From Octopus sinensis (taxonomy: Eukaryota), in assembly GCF_006345805.1 (NCBI RefSeq), contig NC_043009.1, forward strand, positions 30,318,001 to 30,382,000: a DNA stretch of 64,000 bases. Direction: 5' to 3'. Position numbers and translations under genes: made by a program. The notes beneath the pieces are model-generated. The model did not search any database, was not told the origin of the DNA, and worked only from the letters and a program-made list of their open reading frames with translations. Below, in pieces: positions 36,610 to 49,748 of this stretch; position 1 is the stretch's first letter; each line of letters opens with the position of its first letter.

Positions 36610-37584
36610 GTGTGTGTATTACTCTCAGGTTATATGAAAAAGCAATTTAACATTTAACTGAATTACTCAATAAAGTAAATAATTATAAAACTTTTCAAGG
36701 AATGAAACAGACACTTCAAAGTTTCCATGGACAAAGGCTGGTAGACTGAAACTTCAAAGTCACCTTAACCCCACTTCTTGTATAAGTTTAATCACCACAC
36801 ACACACACACACACGCACACACACAGACACACACAATATTCACAGTTTCAAAACGTACTTCATATCCGTAAATTCTTACATCGCTATCTTTTCTGTATTT
36901 TTATACTCTGCTAGATTCTCATAAAAAACCACAAATAACACAGAAACAAATACATTTAAAACTACAACAGCAGTTCTTTTTCAGTTGAAAATCCGATGAT
37001 GACCAAAGGCCCAAAACATTAATCTGAGATAAAGACAAATATCTTAAGATATCTTTATTCCAGACAAACCTATTTTTGTCATTTTTTTTTCTTTTTGTTT
37101 TTATGTTTGGTGATTTGCTATTATTTTTTTGTTTTAGGTCAATCACAAATATAAAACCAAACATTTGAAAAGAAAAACACTTACAAAAAAAAAACATAGA
37201 AACAAACAATACGCACAAGTTTTATAGAATTCTGAAATACAATTCCTTTCATAAAAGTATGAAATAGGTTATATTTTCCTTCTAATCTTATCGATTCCAG
37301 TGGAATTTTCTTCGTCTCTCTTGTTCAGAATCGTTACAAGGACATCATTTGCAAATACATAAAATAAAGATAAAGATAATTCTAATCCAAAGCTGCAGAG
37401 ATGTTATTTGTGAAATATTCTTGAGCATAGATTATAAAGGTTCAATAAGCATTGATTAAAAAATAGCATTCTGGTATTTAGAAGATTTCAAGCAATACGT
37501 CCAATAGGAGTTAAATGGTAAGATTGAAGAGACTAGACTAACACGGTGTATTTCTACATTGGAGCATAAATGTGTGTGTGCATG

Positions 37585-37635
<51 letters not shown>

Positions 37636-37640
37636 ATGTA

Positions 37641-38058
37641 TACTCTTTTACTCTTTACTCTTTTACTTGTTTCAGTCATTTGACTGCGGCCATGCTGGAG
37701 CACCGCATTTAGTCGATCAAATCGACCCTGGAACTTATTCTTTGTAAGCCCAGTACTTATTCTATCGGTCTCTTTTGCCGAACCGCTAAGTGGCGGGGAC
37801 GTAGACACACCAGCATCGGTTGTCAAGCAATGCTAGGGGGACAAACACAGACACACAAACACACACACACCACACATATATATATACATATATACGACAG
37901 GCTTCTTTCAGTTTCCGTCTACCAAATCCACTCACAAGGCATTGGTCGGCTCGGGGCTATAGCAGAAGACACTCGCCCAAGATGCCACGCAGTGGGACTG
38001 AACCTGCAACCATGTGGTTGGTTAGCAAGCTACTTACCACACAGCCACTCCTGCGCCT
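37641..38058 (-). mobile_element. Full-length CORE-type tRNA SINE (OR-like)
   Basis: Reverse complement of the 51896-52325 family: head GGCGCAGGAGTGGCTGTGTGG, CORE-like CTTGGGCGAGTGTCTTC, GAGTAAAA tail. Confidence 0.92.
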
Positions 38059-38198
38059 ATGTATACATATATATATATATGTATATTTATATGATGTATA
38101 TGTATATATATACACACACACATATACATATATATATTACACACACACACATATATATATGAATGTGTGTGTATGTATGTGTGTGTGTATGTGTGTGT

Positions 38199-38238
<40 letters not shown>

Positions 38239-38313
38239 TCACGCATTTTTTCTCTCCTTGTTTATTTTCGTAAACTTTCCCGTTATATATATATATATGT
38301 ATATATATACATA

Positions 38314-38757
38314 CATGGCAGAATCCCCAAGGACATACTCTGCGGAGAGCTTCCTAGGGGCACTAGGTCAGTGGGAAGACCGTTCTCACGTTACAAAGAT
38401 GTTTGCAAAAGGGACATGAAGGCCTGCAACATCAATATTAGCAACTGGGAAAGCAGCTGCCAGCAACCGTGGAGATTGGTGACGTACCGTAAAGGAAGGA
38501 ACACAAACGAGTGACAGAGAGAGAGAGAGGGGAAATGGAAAGACAAGAAAAGACGTCAACAAGAGACTATGACATTACAACCAGCCAGGAACAGTCTTCG
38601 CTACATTTGCAGCACCTGCCAGAGGGAGTGTTTGTCCAGGATAGGACTACACAGCCACAGCAGGAAATGTATTAGGACATGAAATGCAAAAGCCGGACTA
38701 GATTATTTTATGCGCAACTCCATTGTCTCCCGAGACAAAAAGGATGCCAACAACAAT
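38314..38757 (+). mobile_element. RTE-type LINE 3' end
   Basis: GRIPKDILCGELPRGTRSVGRPFSRYKDVCKRDMK; 3' UTR CCATTGTCTCCCGAGACAAAAAGGATGCCAACAAC. Confidence 0.9.
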
Positions 38758-39154
38758 ATATATATATATTTATGACACGCTTCTCTCCGTTTCTGTCGAT
38801 GAAATTCGTTCACGCAGCACTGGTCAGCCGGAGGTTACAATAGAATACACATGCCCATAGTACCATACAATGAAAGAGTATATGTGCAACCACGTGCTTG
38901 CAAAATACAACCACATAAACACACGCTACGATCTTTATGGCAGACTGAAACAGATCTTAGGTTCCCAAATCTGAAGAAAGTTATTCTGTCACTCAGAGTG
39001 TTCAAAAATTCGGTATAAGTATAAATTAATATCAATGTGGGTTAAATTTGAAAATAACGACCATTTATCACAGGGTTCTATATTTAAGAGATTAGGAATT
39101 ATGTACATTATTTACATTTGAAGGATATTTGTCCTCATCTTGTTTGTTGTTAGG

Positions 39155-40957
39155 ACACAACAACCTCCTAAGCAGGCCGAGTGCAGATATAAGTGCATTC
39201 GAGGCATTCGAAGCAGAGACCTCACTCTCCAGTGGGCCTCTTCGCAACCCTCACACAACCAGATCACTGACGACCCCAAGGAATGCGCAGAACTCATTGC
39301 CGAGTGCTTGCAAACATATTCACTGTTGAAAGTCAAAATGTACAACATCTTAACCATCACTAACAGCAAACTCCATAACAACTATGGAATTTAACCTGCA
39401 ATGCTGCGACGTCACCTTCAAAGTAAGCGCACTTTGCCTCCCCTGGTCTCGATGGAGTTACATACCTGCTTCTCAAACGTGGCAGGCACTTCCTTTTACA
39501 CCAGCTTTCTATTTTCTTCCAGTACTGTCTCAACAATGGTGCTACTCCGGAGCAGTGGAAAACTGCCAGTGTCATTCCTCTGTTCAAAAGGGCGACCGCA
39601 CATCACCTGTAACTATCGCCCAGTCAGTCTCACTAGCTGTATTGCAAAACTGATGGAATCGTGTGTCAGAGAAACACTCTGGAACTTCTGGAGCTCTCAC
39701 AGTCTCATCCGACCCTCACAATATGGATTTGTCCCTAACTCCAGCTGCAGTGACCAGCTTGTCGAGTTCCTTGAGGACATTACTCAGATTACTGACAGTG
39801 GCTCATGGGTGGATGTTGTCTACCTTGACTTTGCTAAGGCTTTCAACTCTGTGCCACACAAAAGGCTTATGGTGAAACTCTCTGCAATGGGTGTGGGGAT
39901 GACCTTTTTAACTGGTTGAAATCCTTCATCCTCAGCCGAAAGGAGGTAGTACAGTTCTAGGACAGCACTCTACACCATATGAGATGTCATCGGGTGTACC
40001 ACAGGGATCTGTCCTTGGTCCCCTCTTGTTTGTGGCATACATTAACGACATAGATGCCAATTTAGGAATGCCACAGTATTGAAATATGCAGGACGACATC
40101 AAGCTGTACCTTGAAATCAAGAGGACAGATCCTGATGTCTACAACTCTTTCCTGCAATCAGACCTAGACACAATGCAGCAATGGATCACAGACTGGCAAC
40201 TGAAACTGGCTGTGGACAAGTGTACCACCATGCATTTTGGGAGAAAAAACCCTGCGTTCACATACTCCCTCCACAACACTGATATCAAGAAATCCTCTTG
40301 CGAGCGTGACCTAGGCATCACTGTCAGCAGTGATTTGCGTGGTCAAAGCATATCTCTAAGATTGTCAGGAAGGCCGAGGGTGTCTTGGCATCACTCAGCA
40401 GGTCTTTTGTTAGCCGCTCTCCAGCCATCTATTTAAAACTGTATACAGCTATGTACGACCACACTTGGAATTCGCATCATCAGTTTGGAACCCCTATCTC
40501 GCACAGAACATTGACCTCCTGGAAGCTGTCCAGAGGACGTGCAACCAAACGCATACCCTCCATCAGACACCTACCATATTCTGAGCGCCTTGTTTCCTGG
40601 GCATGGATTCACTGAAGCTCGGCGTTGGCGACGGACTGGTAAACAACCACAAAGTTATCACCACCCTCACCAACAACAACACTGAACACCTTTTTGATCT
40701 CCATGTGTCTAACACACGTGGACATGCCTACAAAGTCAGAAAACAATACAGCGCCCATGACTTCGGAAACATTTTTCACACCTCAGGTTGCTGAAGCGTG
40801 GAATAAACTGCCTGCATCAGTTGTTGACTGCCATGACACTGCATCCTTTAAGGCCCTCATGCTTCCGAAATCCGTCGAAACTACACCTGATTATATATAC
40901 ACTTTAGATGAGTTGTTGCCACCTGAGCACTGTACACAATTATTATTATTATTATAA
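39155..40957 (+). mobile_element. CR1-clade LINE, 5'-truncated, RT broken by many small frameshifts
   Basis: Collinear and highly similar to 41838-43472; extra 5' part encodes ITDDPKECAELI; (ATT)n tail. Confidence 0.93.
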
Positions 40958-41048
40958 ATAGCATATGGGAACCGGTATTAAGGAAGGCTAGGAAAATATT
41001 AGATTTATAAGCCCTAAAAATTCACTCCATAATTGCTCACTGGCATAT

Positions 41049-41315
41049 GGCTTTGTCGTTCAGACTACGTCGTGGGGGTCTTACTAACCCCAAGATTCCG
41101 AGTTTGATTCCAGGCAGTGACCTGAATAATAATAATAATAATAATATTTTTTCATGTATTAGACATTCACTAGCACAACACCAAAAAAAAATGAAGAAAG
41201 GAAAAAAAAAACCAAATATATGGCACAGAACTTCCAACCTGTTGTCTCTTGAGGTCTCTGGGTGAGACTTGGAGCCAACTTGTACAGACATAAAGCAAAA
41301 GTCAAACATACAATG

Positions 41316-41349
<34 letters not shown>

Positions 41350-41470
41350 CTTCGAAAAATACCTTAGGAATGAGATCCCAGGTACGAAATTTCCCTAAGA
41401 CACCTGATGAAGGCGGAAGGGTATATCAGTCGAAATCTCAAATGCAAATAATGTAAATAAAGTAAATAAT
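41049..41470 (+). mobile_element. Second family-B tRNA-SINE/hammerhead copy, interrupted
   Basis: B-box GAGTTTGATTCCAGGCAGTGA, (AAT)n, ~170-bp insert, (AAT)n, tail with CACCTGATGAAGGCGGAAGGGTATATCAGTCGAAA (3' helix I strand lost). Confidence 0.8.
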
Positions 41471-41598
41471 TTATCACAGGATATCTTGTGAGACATCTGT
41501 TTCCTGAATGTTCACCTATAGGTAACTTCAACTTTAACCACACAATATTGTTCATATCTTATATGGTTGGCATATATAATATATATATATATATTATA

Positions 41599-41629
<31 letters not shown>

Positions 41630-41876
41630 CTCAGAAATCAAAGAAAATCAAAAACATTTACCCTAATCATCCTTGGACAATGCATTGTTTCGACGTACTT
41701 TTGGCAAACCAGCCTAATTAAATTAAATTTAATTTAATCAAGTCAATCTGCCACTGGCTCGTCTCATCGGCAAGGAAGCCAGGAGGAATAAATATTCCAC
41801 GAGGCAGCCGCAACGATGCCTCGGGAATATATACTCTAAATCTTCACCATCTCTAACAGCAAATTCCATAACAACT

Positions 41877-43397
41877 ATGGAATTTACACCTGCAATGCTG
41901 CGACGTCACCTTCAAAATAAGCGCAACTATGCCTCCCCTGGTCTTGATGGAGTTACATACCTGCTTCTCAAACGTGGCAGGTACTTCCTTTTACACCAGC
42001 TCTCTACTTTCTTCCAGTACTGTCTCAACATTGGTGCTACTCCGGAACAGTGGAAAACTGCCAGTGTCATTCCTCTGTTCAAGAAGGGCGACCGCACATC
42101 ACCTGTCAACTATCGCCCAGTCAGTCTCACTAGCTGTATTGCAAAACTGATGGAATCGTGTGTCAGAGAAACACTTTGGAACTTCTGGAGCTCACACAGT
42201 CTCATCCGACCCTCACAATATGGATTTGTCCCTAACTCCAGCTGCAGTGATCAGCTTGTCGAGTTCCTTGAGGACATTACTCAGATCACTGACAGTGGCT
42301 CATGGGTGGATGTTGTCTACCTTGACTTTGCTAAGGCTTTCAACTCTGTGCCACACAAAAGGCTTATGGTAAAACTCTCTGCAATGGGTGTGAGGGATGA
42401 CCTTTTTAACTGGTTGAAATCCTTCATTCTCAACCGAAAGGAGGTAGTCACAGTTCTAGGACAGCATTCTACACCATATGAGATGTCATCGGGGGTACCA
42501 CAGGGATCTGTCCTTGGTCCCCTCTTGTTTGTGGCATACATTAATGACATAGATGCAAATTTAAAGAATGCCACAGTATTAAAATATGCAGACGACATCA
42601 AGCTGTACCTTGAAATCAAGAGGACAGATCCTGTTGTCTACAGCTCTTTCCTGCAATCAGACCTGGACACAATGCAGCAATGGATCACAGACTGGCAACT
42701 GAAACTGGCTGTGGACAAGTGTGCCACCATGCATTTTGGGAGAAAAAACCCTGCGTCCACATACTCCCTCCACAACACTGATATCAAGGAATCCTCTTGC
42801 GAGCGTGACCTAGGCATCACTGTCAGCAGTGATTTGCGTTGGACAAAGCATATCTCTAAAATTGTCAAAAAGGCCGAGGGTGTCTTGGCATCACTCAGCA
42901 AGACTTTTGTTAGCCGCTCTCCAGCCATCTATTTAAAACTGTATACAGCTATGGTACGACCACACTTGGAATTCGCATCATCAGTTTGGAACCCCTATCT
43001 TGCTCAGGACATTGACCTCCTGGAATCTGTTCAGAGACGTGCAACCAAACGCATACCCTCCATCAGACACCTACCATATTCTGAGCGCCTTGTTTCCCTG
43101 GGCATGGATTCACTGAAGCTCCGGCGTCTGGCGATGGACTTGGTAAACGCCCACAAAGTTGTCAACCACCTCACCAATAACAACACTGAACACCTTTTTG
43201 ATCTCCATGTGTCTAACACACGTGGACATGCCTACAAAGTCAGAAAACAACACAGTTCCCATGACTTTCGGAAACATTTCTTCACACTCAGAGTTGCTGA
43301 AGCATGGAATAAACTGCCTGCGTCAGTTGTTGACTGCTATGACACCGCATCCTTTAAGGCCCTCATGCTTTCCGAAATCCGTCGAAACTACACCTGA
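41877..43397 (+). CDS. CR1-clade non-LTR retrotransposon reverse transcriptase (ORF2, 5'-truncated, no endonuclease)
   Basis: Open 506-aa frame with NYRPVSLTS, YLDFAKAFNSV, SGVPQGSVLGPLLF, KYADD, ERDLG, VRPHLEFASSVWNP, SVQRRATK, TRGH, RKHFFTLRVAEAWNKLP; short 3' UTR then (ATT)n to ~43472. Confidence 0.96.
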   Translation: MEFTPAMLRRHLQNKRNYASPGLDGVTYLLLKRGRYFLLHQLSTFFQYCLNIGATPEQWKTASVIPLFKKGDRTSPVNYRPVSLTSCIAKLMESCVRETLWNFWSSHSLIRPSQYGFVPNSSCSDQLVEFLEDITQITDSGSWVDVVYLDFAKAFNSVPHKRLMVKLSAMGVRDDLFNWLKSFILNRKEVVTVLGQHSTPYEMSSGVPQGSVLGPLLFVAYINDIDANLKNATVLKYADDIKLYLEIKRTDPVVYSSFLQSDLDTMQQWITDWQLKLAVDKCATMHFGRKNPASTYSLHNTDIKESSCERDLGITVSSDLRWTKHISKIVKKAEGVLASLSKTFVSRSPAIYLKLYTAMVRPHLEFASSVWNPYLAQDIDLLESVQRRATKRIPSIRHLPYSERLVSLGMDSLKLRRLAMDLVNAHKVVNHLTNNNTEHLFDLHVSNTRGHAYKVRKQHSSHDFRKHFFTLRVAEAWNKLPASVVDCYDTASFKALMLSEIRRNYT

Positions 43398-43849
43398 TTA
43401 TATATACACTTTCGATGAGTTGTAGTGCACCTGAGCACTGTACACAATGTTTATTATTATTATTATTATTATTAAATTTTCAAAATCTACCGTAATCGAA
43501 ACAATGCATTGCCCAAGGATGATTAGGGTAAATGTTTTTGATTTTCCTTTGATTTGTGAATTACTACTATTTAGCGGTTTGAGTTTGGCTGCTCTTTCTG
43601 GTGAGTCGAACGGCCTATCAGGGCCATTCCTTAATATTGTTGAAATTATATATATAGTCTGTGACTATTTTCTCTTTCTCACTGGAACGCTGGTGGCGAA
43701 AAAAATTTCTATTGAATTTTTTGCTACCCTTATATTGATATATATATATCAGCAAGAGGCCGAGGCACAGAGCAATTTTGTCAGTCTACACATCTAGGGA
43801 CAATTGTCATAAATATAGTTTATACTGTGAATTTTTCGTGAACGGATGC

Positions 43850-44170
43850 ATAGGGAATTTGGCCACCAACATCAACTGATTTAACAACGCCAAACTTTTT
43901 TCTAGGGAGCAAGTAAATTATCAGTGTGCAAGAATCGCCTGAAAACCATTAATGAACTAAAAGATGCAATCTTCACACAGTACATACCGCGTCAGACTCT
44001 CTAAGAGTCAACTTATGTATTGAAAATGAAGGATGACACTTTTGATACTTTTAATATAGTTTTTTAAAGTCTTGTAAAGTCTAATATATTCTTTTCTAGT
44101 CTTATACCATCTTATAAATATATATTTAGCAATAAAATACCTACTGCGGAGAGACTTTTTGAACACTCTG
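43850..44170 (+). mobile_element. Tc1/mariner 3' fragment
   Basis: WPPTSTDLTTPNFF (WPPRSPDLxPxDFF-like), CIENEG; terminal GAGACTTTTTGAACACTCTG|TA. Confidence 0.7.
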
Positions 44171-44934
44171 TATAATTTACGGAGTTTTCAATTCATGCAA
44201 CATATCTTTGATCAACGCTTGTCCAAAGAGTTTGTCTTGATACTGATCCCTATCAAGCAAAGCTATGATCAGAGGCAACCGAGTAGTCACCGCCCAGCCT
44301 CTTTTTGTACAATTGCGTAACATGAACTACGTTATGCAAATTATTTAATTTAAACAGTAAAATCTTAGAGAAAGTTTGCTGTTTTTATTAGCCGGTTATA
44401 CAACCACATAGTAAATCTCGTTTACTTGAGTTTTGTTTCTTTTAAGCATTCTATATGTGAATGGAGATTATATATGCATCATTCAATCTAGCCAAGTTGA
44501 AATTAGAGGAATGATATAATTAGAGGAATGAAAGCTCTCAGATTGAAAGCTACATTTCGTTTTCATATTTCTTCAGACTGCAAAGTTCAGCGGAGGCAAA
44601 TTTATCCAGGTCTCTCAATCACGCATCACATCACTGATGTAGCTTCAGTTTTTTTTTTCAAGGGTATCTCAATTCATTTTCCGTATATTTGCATTCCAGG
44701 CCTAACTTCTACTCCGCGTATACAAGAGAAAATCTCTCACCATTTATGTACCACTAGATCTTATTACAATTCTATATAAACTTCATTGTATTCCTAATTT
44801 CGTTAAAATTTCTCCAGTGCTTTTCCTAATACTCACTTAAGAAAATGCAAACTTATAATCCAACGTTCTTACAAATAGTGAGAAATAAGTTGAAATATCT
44901 TCACAACAATAGCAACCACTTATATAGTTCAGCA

Positions 44935-44977
44935 TACACATTCACACACACACTCACACACTCACACACACACACAC

Positions 44978-45067
<90 letters not shown>

Positions 45068-45200
45068 ATATATATATATGTATATACATACCTACATATA
45101 TATATATATATGTATATATAATATACATCTACATACATTATATATATGAACATATATGTATGTTATATAATATATATATATGTATGTATATATATATATG

Positions 45201-45233
<33 letters not shown>

Positions 45234-45639
45234 TTGTGTGTTTGTGTGTTTATGTATGTATATTATGTATATATACATATATATATACATACATACACAC
45301 ACACATATATATATAATTTATATATATATATACATATACATATATATATATGTATATATATATACATATATATATTATATGTATATATATATACATATAC
45401 ATATATATTACATATACATATATATGTACATATATATACATATACATATATATATGTATATATATATTTACATATTTATATATAGGTATATATATATATA
45501 TACATCTATATATGTAATATATACACACATATATATATGTTTATTATTACATAATATATGTATATATACATATAGATAGTATCTATATATATATATATAT
45601 ACGTATATATATACGTATACATAATGTATATATATAAAG

Positions 45640-45684
<45 letters not shown>

Positions 45685-45760
45685 GATATATATACATATA
45701 TACATTTATATATAGACACACAGTATGTATATATATATACACATGTGTATGTATACACAC
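44935..45760. repeat. Compound (CA)n/(TA)n/(TATG)n microsatellite
   Basis: Direct inspection; source of the 244-aa IY-repeat ORF. Confidence 0.97.
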
Positions 45761-46229
45761 ATATATGTATATCTTAAGTGTAGTGCGATTTTCAATTTTG
45801 TAAATATATTCACATTTCTATTAATACTAAAATATAATTGTTTTCTTATATTCTTTAATACATCACAGTTATTCGCAGATAAGTATGTTTCAAGGATTGA
45901 ATGTTGTTGTTATCATGTTAGCTTCGAACTAAAGGCACTAAATTCTATCGCGAAACATTTTAATGCTACTTTAGTTCATTTATATGTTGTTAATGATATA
46001 GAGCAAATTAACTTGAAGTCATTCTGAGTTAGTTTGCGGCGCCATGAATGTGTGAGTGTCTATATTATGTGTGTGTGTGTGTGATCTTGTTTGTGTGCGT
46101 ATGTATGCATGTATTTATGTATGAGAGCGGCAGTATGATCCAGTCTATACTAAGGTAAATAATTACTTTCCTTGTCGTTCAGCTGCGAGGAAACCAAAGT
46201 CATTCAATATTCTTTTCTATTTACGGCAC

Positions 46230-47110
46230 AAGGCCTGACATTTTGGGGGAGGGGTCAGTCGATTAGATCGACCTCAGTACGCAACTGGTACTTAATTTAT
46301 CGACCTCGAAATGATAAAAGGCAAAGTCGACCTCAGCGGAATTTGAACCCAGAACGTAAAGAGAGAGAAAATACCGCTGAGCATTTTCGCCCGTCATGCT
46401 AACGTTTCTGCCAACGCGCCGCCTTCAAACTCACTCAATATTTTAAAAAACGATTCCTGAATCTGAGATTCTTTATGATGAGTGAAACATCAGAAATGTA
46501 ACAAGTGAAGATATATCTTATAGCAAGTAAGATAACATTTCTCGTCGTTAGTACGTTAGCAGATTTGTTAGCACGCTGGGCAAAATGCTTAGTTCTGAGT
46601 TCAAATTCCGGCGAGGTCAACTTTGCCTTTAATCCTTTCGAAGTCGATAATTTGAGTACCACTGAATTCCTGGGGTCATTGTAATCGACTAATCTCCTCC
46701 TCCAAAACTTCAGCCCAATTAAAAAGGATTATTTATTAAAAAATTCTAAGGTGGCGAGCTGGCAGTATCGCTAGCAACGCCGGGTAAGATGCTTAACGAT
46801 ATTTCGCTGTCTTTACGTTGTGAGTTCAATTTCTGTCTAGGTCGACTTTGCCTTTCATCCTTTCGGGGTCGATAAATTAAATACCATTTATGTACTGGGG
46901 TCGATCTTATCGACTGGCCTCCTCCGCAAAAATTTCAGGCTTTATGTCTAGAGTAGAAAAGATATTTCGCCGTCTTTAGGTTCTGAGTTCAAATTCCGCC
47001 GAGGTCGACTTTGCCTTTCCTCTTTCGGAGTCGATAAATTAAGTATTAGTCAAGTACTGGGATCTATGTGATCGACCTGCTCCCTCCCAACAGATTTCAG
47101 GCCTTGTGCC
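46230..47110. mobile_element. Cluster of MetaSINE-like copies (46230-46425 minus; 46550-46720 plus; 46750-47110 plus dimer)
   Basis: Repeated GGCGAGCTGGCAG heads, GTTCAAATTCCGCCGAGGTCGACTTTGCCTTT and GGGGTCGATAAATTAAGTA cores. Confidence 0.88.
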
Positions 47111-47439
47111 TATTGCAGAAATGATCATTTATTAACAATTCTTTCAGTTAATCTTATGTGAAGTAAACTCTATGGAGATAACTTTGACCTGCCCCGATCG
47201 AACATAGCAGATGTATTATAAAGATGCCTGCGTGAGAAAGAAGATTCCTGAATGATATTCCGCTTTTTTGGGGGTGGGGGATCTGGGTAGTGGAGTAAGA
47301 TAGAACATTGTCTTATATCAGTAAACGTTAAGATCTGATGGGACGCTACACTTAACTTATAGGAGAATTCTCTAGCGCCATGTTCATTCTATGTAGTATT
47401 TTTATTGATATCAAATTTAGGGACTAGATCAGAAAGTAC

Positions 47440-47615
47440 GGGGGAGAGAATAAGTCGCCTACATCGACCCCTATGCTCAAATGGTACTTATTTGTCGATT
47501 TCGAAAGAATGAAACGCGAAGTCGACTTCGTTAGCATTCGAACTCAGAGCGTAAAAACGGACGAAATGCTGCTAAGCGCTTACCCAGCGTGCTAACCATT
47601 TTGCCAGCTCATCAC
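47440..47615 (-). mobile_element. MetaSINE-like copy
   Basis: GGTACTTATTTGTCGA...TTCGAACTCAGAGCGTAAAAACGGACGAAATGCTGCTAAGC...TTTGCCAGCTC. Confidence 0.8.
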
Positions 47616-48104
47616 TTTTATGTAGCATGATAACTGTCGAAGCAATGCATCTAGTCGAAGGAAATTGAGACGTTCGAAGTTTTGACTTCATACGACAATA
47701 CTAACTCGGACGGACATGAATTGATTATGCAAATATTTCCTCTTTATTCGCTGTCAGAGCACTGGAACCGGTTGAATTAAAGATTAGACTTTAATCTCTC
47801 ATTATCGATAAGAATACTGGTTTGACCCTTTCTCTGGATCACCAAATCATGTCGAAACATTTGACGGAGCCTAAAAGAAGGAATTTCGGGGAGTTTACTG
47901 AAATTTCTATGATCACAGAAATTTGTGTGATCACAGGTTAAAGTATTTCAAAGACTAGCACCAACAGTCATGGAGAGGGTTCGAACGAATATCTATAGAA
48001 CGTAGATACGATTTTTCTCATAGACATTTTGTTTTGACATGCAGTCTACAAGATGTGAAGTTTATTATGATATCCTTTTCTATATTCCAAAGCAGAGATA
48101 TTAT

Positions 48105-48126
48105 AATAATGATGATAATAATAACC

Positions 48127-48187
<61 letters not shown>

Positions 48188-48240
48188 TGATGATGACGAT
48201 GATGATGATGATGATGACAGCAACAACAACAGCAACAACT
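48105..48240. repeat. (AAT)n(GAT)n(AAC)n microsatellite
   Basis: Direct inspection. Confidence 0.95.
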
Positions 48241-48824
48241 TTAGTTATATTTCTAAGCGATGTCAGTATTGAAGAACACCACCGAATTAAACAATACCAA
48301 TCTGAGTGCAGAACTGCCAGACAAACTCTATATCATTATGTCATTTAAACCAAAACAAATAAAGCGTAGAATTGACTTAGATTCTTATTATTCCATCCGC
48401 AAAGAATAATATTTGATAAATTATGATACAACTTTGTAATAATTTGCCGACAATCTGCCACTGGCAAAAAAGTTGAAACGACAGACAACAGATAAACTAT
48501 TCAACTAACAAACTTTGAGGTTAACTGCCTTTTGTTTATTACCGTGATAACAAAATTGTTAGTTCCACTTGTTTTATTTGTTCTTTGTTTTTCCTATAGT
48601 TTTGTGCTATCCAGGAGAATTTCATACAATGAGTCAGTGAACGAAAATATTAACACCTGGTTAAACATGTAAGTCGTATTCAATTAGTAACGATGTCACT
48701 TTGTTTTGTAACACAATCTCATGACAGTTGGACAATTTAATATTTTTTTAAGTATAAGCAGAATCTTAATTTTTGAATAGGTTAGAAATTCAATATAATT
48801 TTGACATATCGGCGGCTAATATGT

Positions 48825-48872
<48 letters not shown>

Positions 48873-49640
48873 ATCAGGGATCTTGTATGCTCCAACATAT
48901 AGGCATGCCTTCTGCGTTTTTCCTTTAGTAGAGCATTGGACAAATGTACAAATGAGGTAATCGAGAAAGAAAATATTGTATGTCGATCAAGACATCATAC
49001 GATGTCTAGTTTGAAATTGTCATTTATTTTAACAAACATCTTCTGTCATGTACCCTAACTTAGTATAATGACAAAAGTTTTGATGTGTATTACCAATGAC
49101 ATTATGGGAAGAAATATATTTTTGGCTCTGTTCTCTATATACTACGGTCGCTTCTCTCCCATTATAATTCAGAAACATTTTCATAAGTTATGACCAAGGG
49201 CTACAGTGCAACGTCTTCCGCCCCATTGATTTTTACTCCCAAAATATTTTAATTCAAAGCATAATGATTGCCCCTCCTCATGGGTACCTCTGACTAAATC
49301 CTCAAAATATTTGAGCTAATAATTAAATAATTAGAAACAAGCACGAAAAAGAATCTATACTATTGTTCCAACTCTCTATCATTTTACCCCATACATACAT
49401 ACATACATAATATACATATAAATAAATATATATATATATATATACATAATATATATATACATACATACATAATATATATATACACATATAATATATATTC
49501 ATTACATATACATACATATATAATATATATTATACACATATAATATATATATATATATTATATATACATACATATATATATATTATATGTACATATACAT
49601 ACATAATATATATATTATATATATACATATACATACATGC

Positions 49641-49688
<48 letters not shown>

Positions 49689-49706
49689 ATATATATTATA
49701 TATATA

Positions 49707-49748
<42 letters not shown>

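Noticed and set aside
41877-43397. RT as a retron, telomerase or domesticated gene
   Set aside because: Motifs, C-terminal region, short 3' UTR and (ATT)n tail are those of an ordinary 5'-truncated CR1 LINE.
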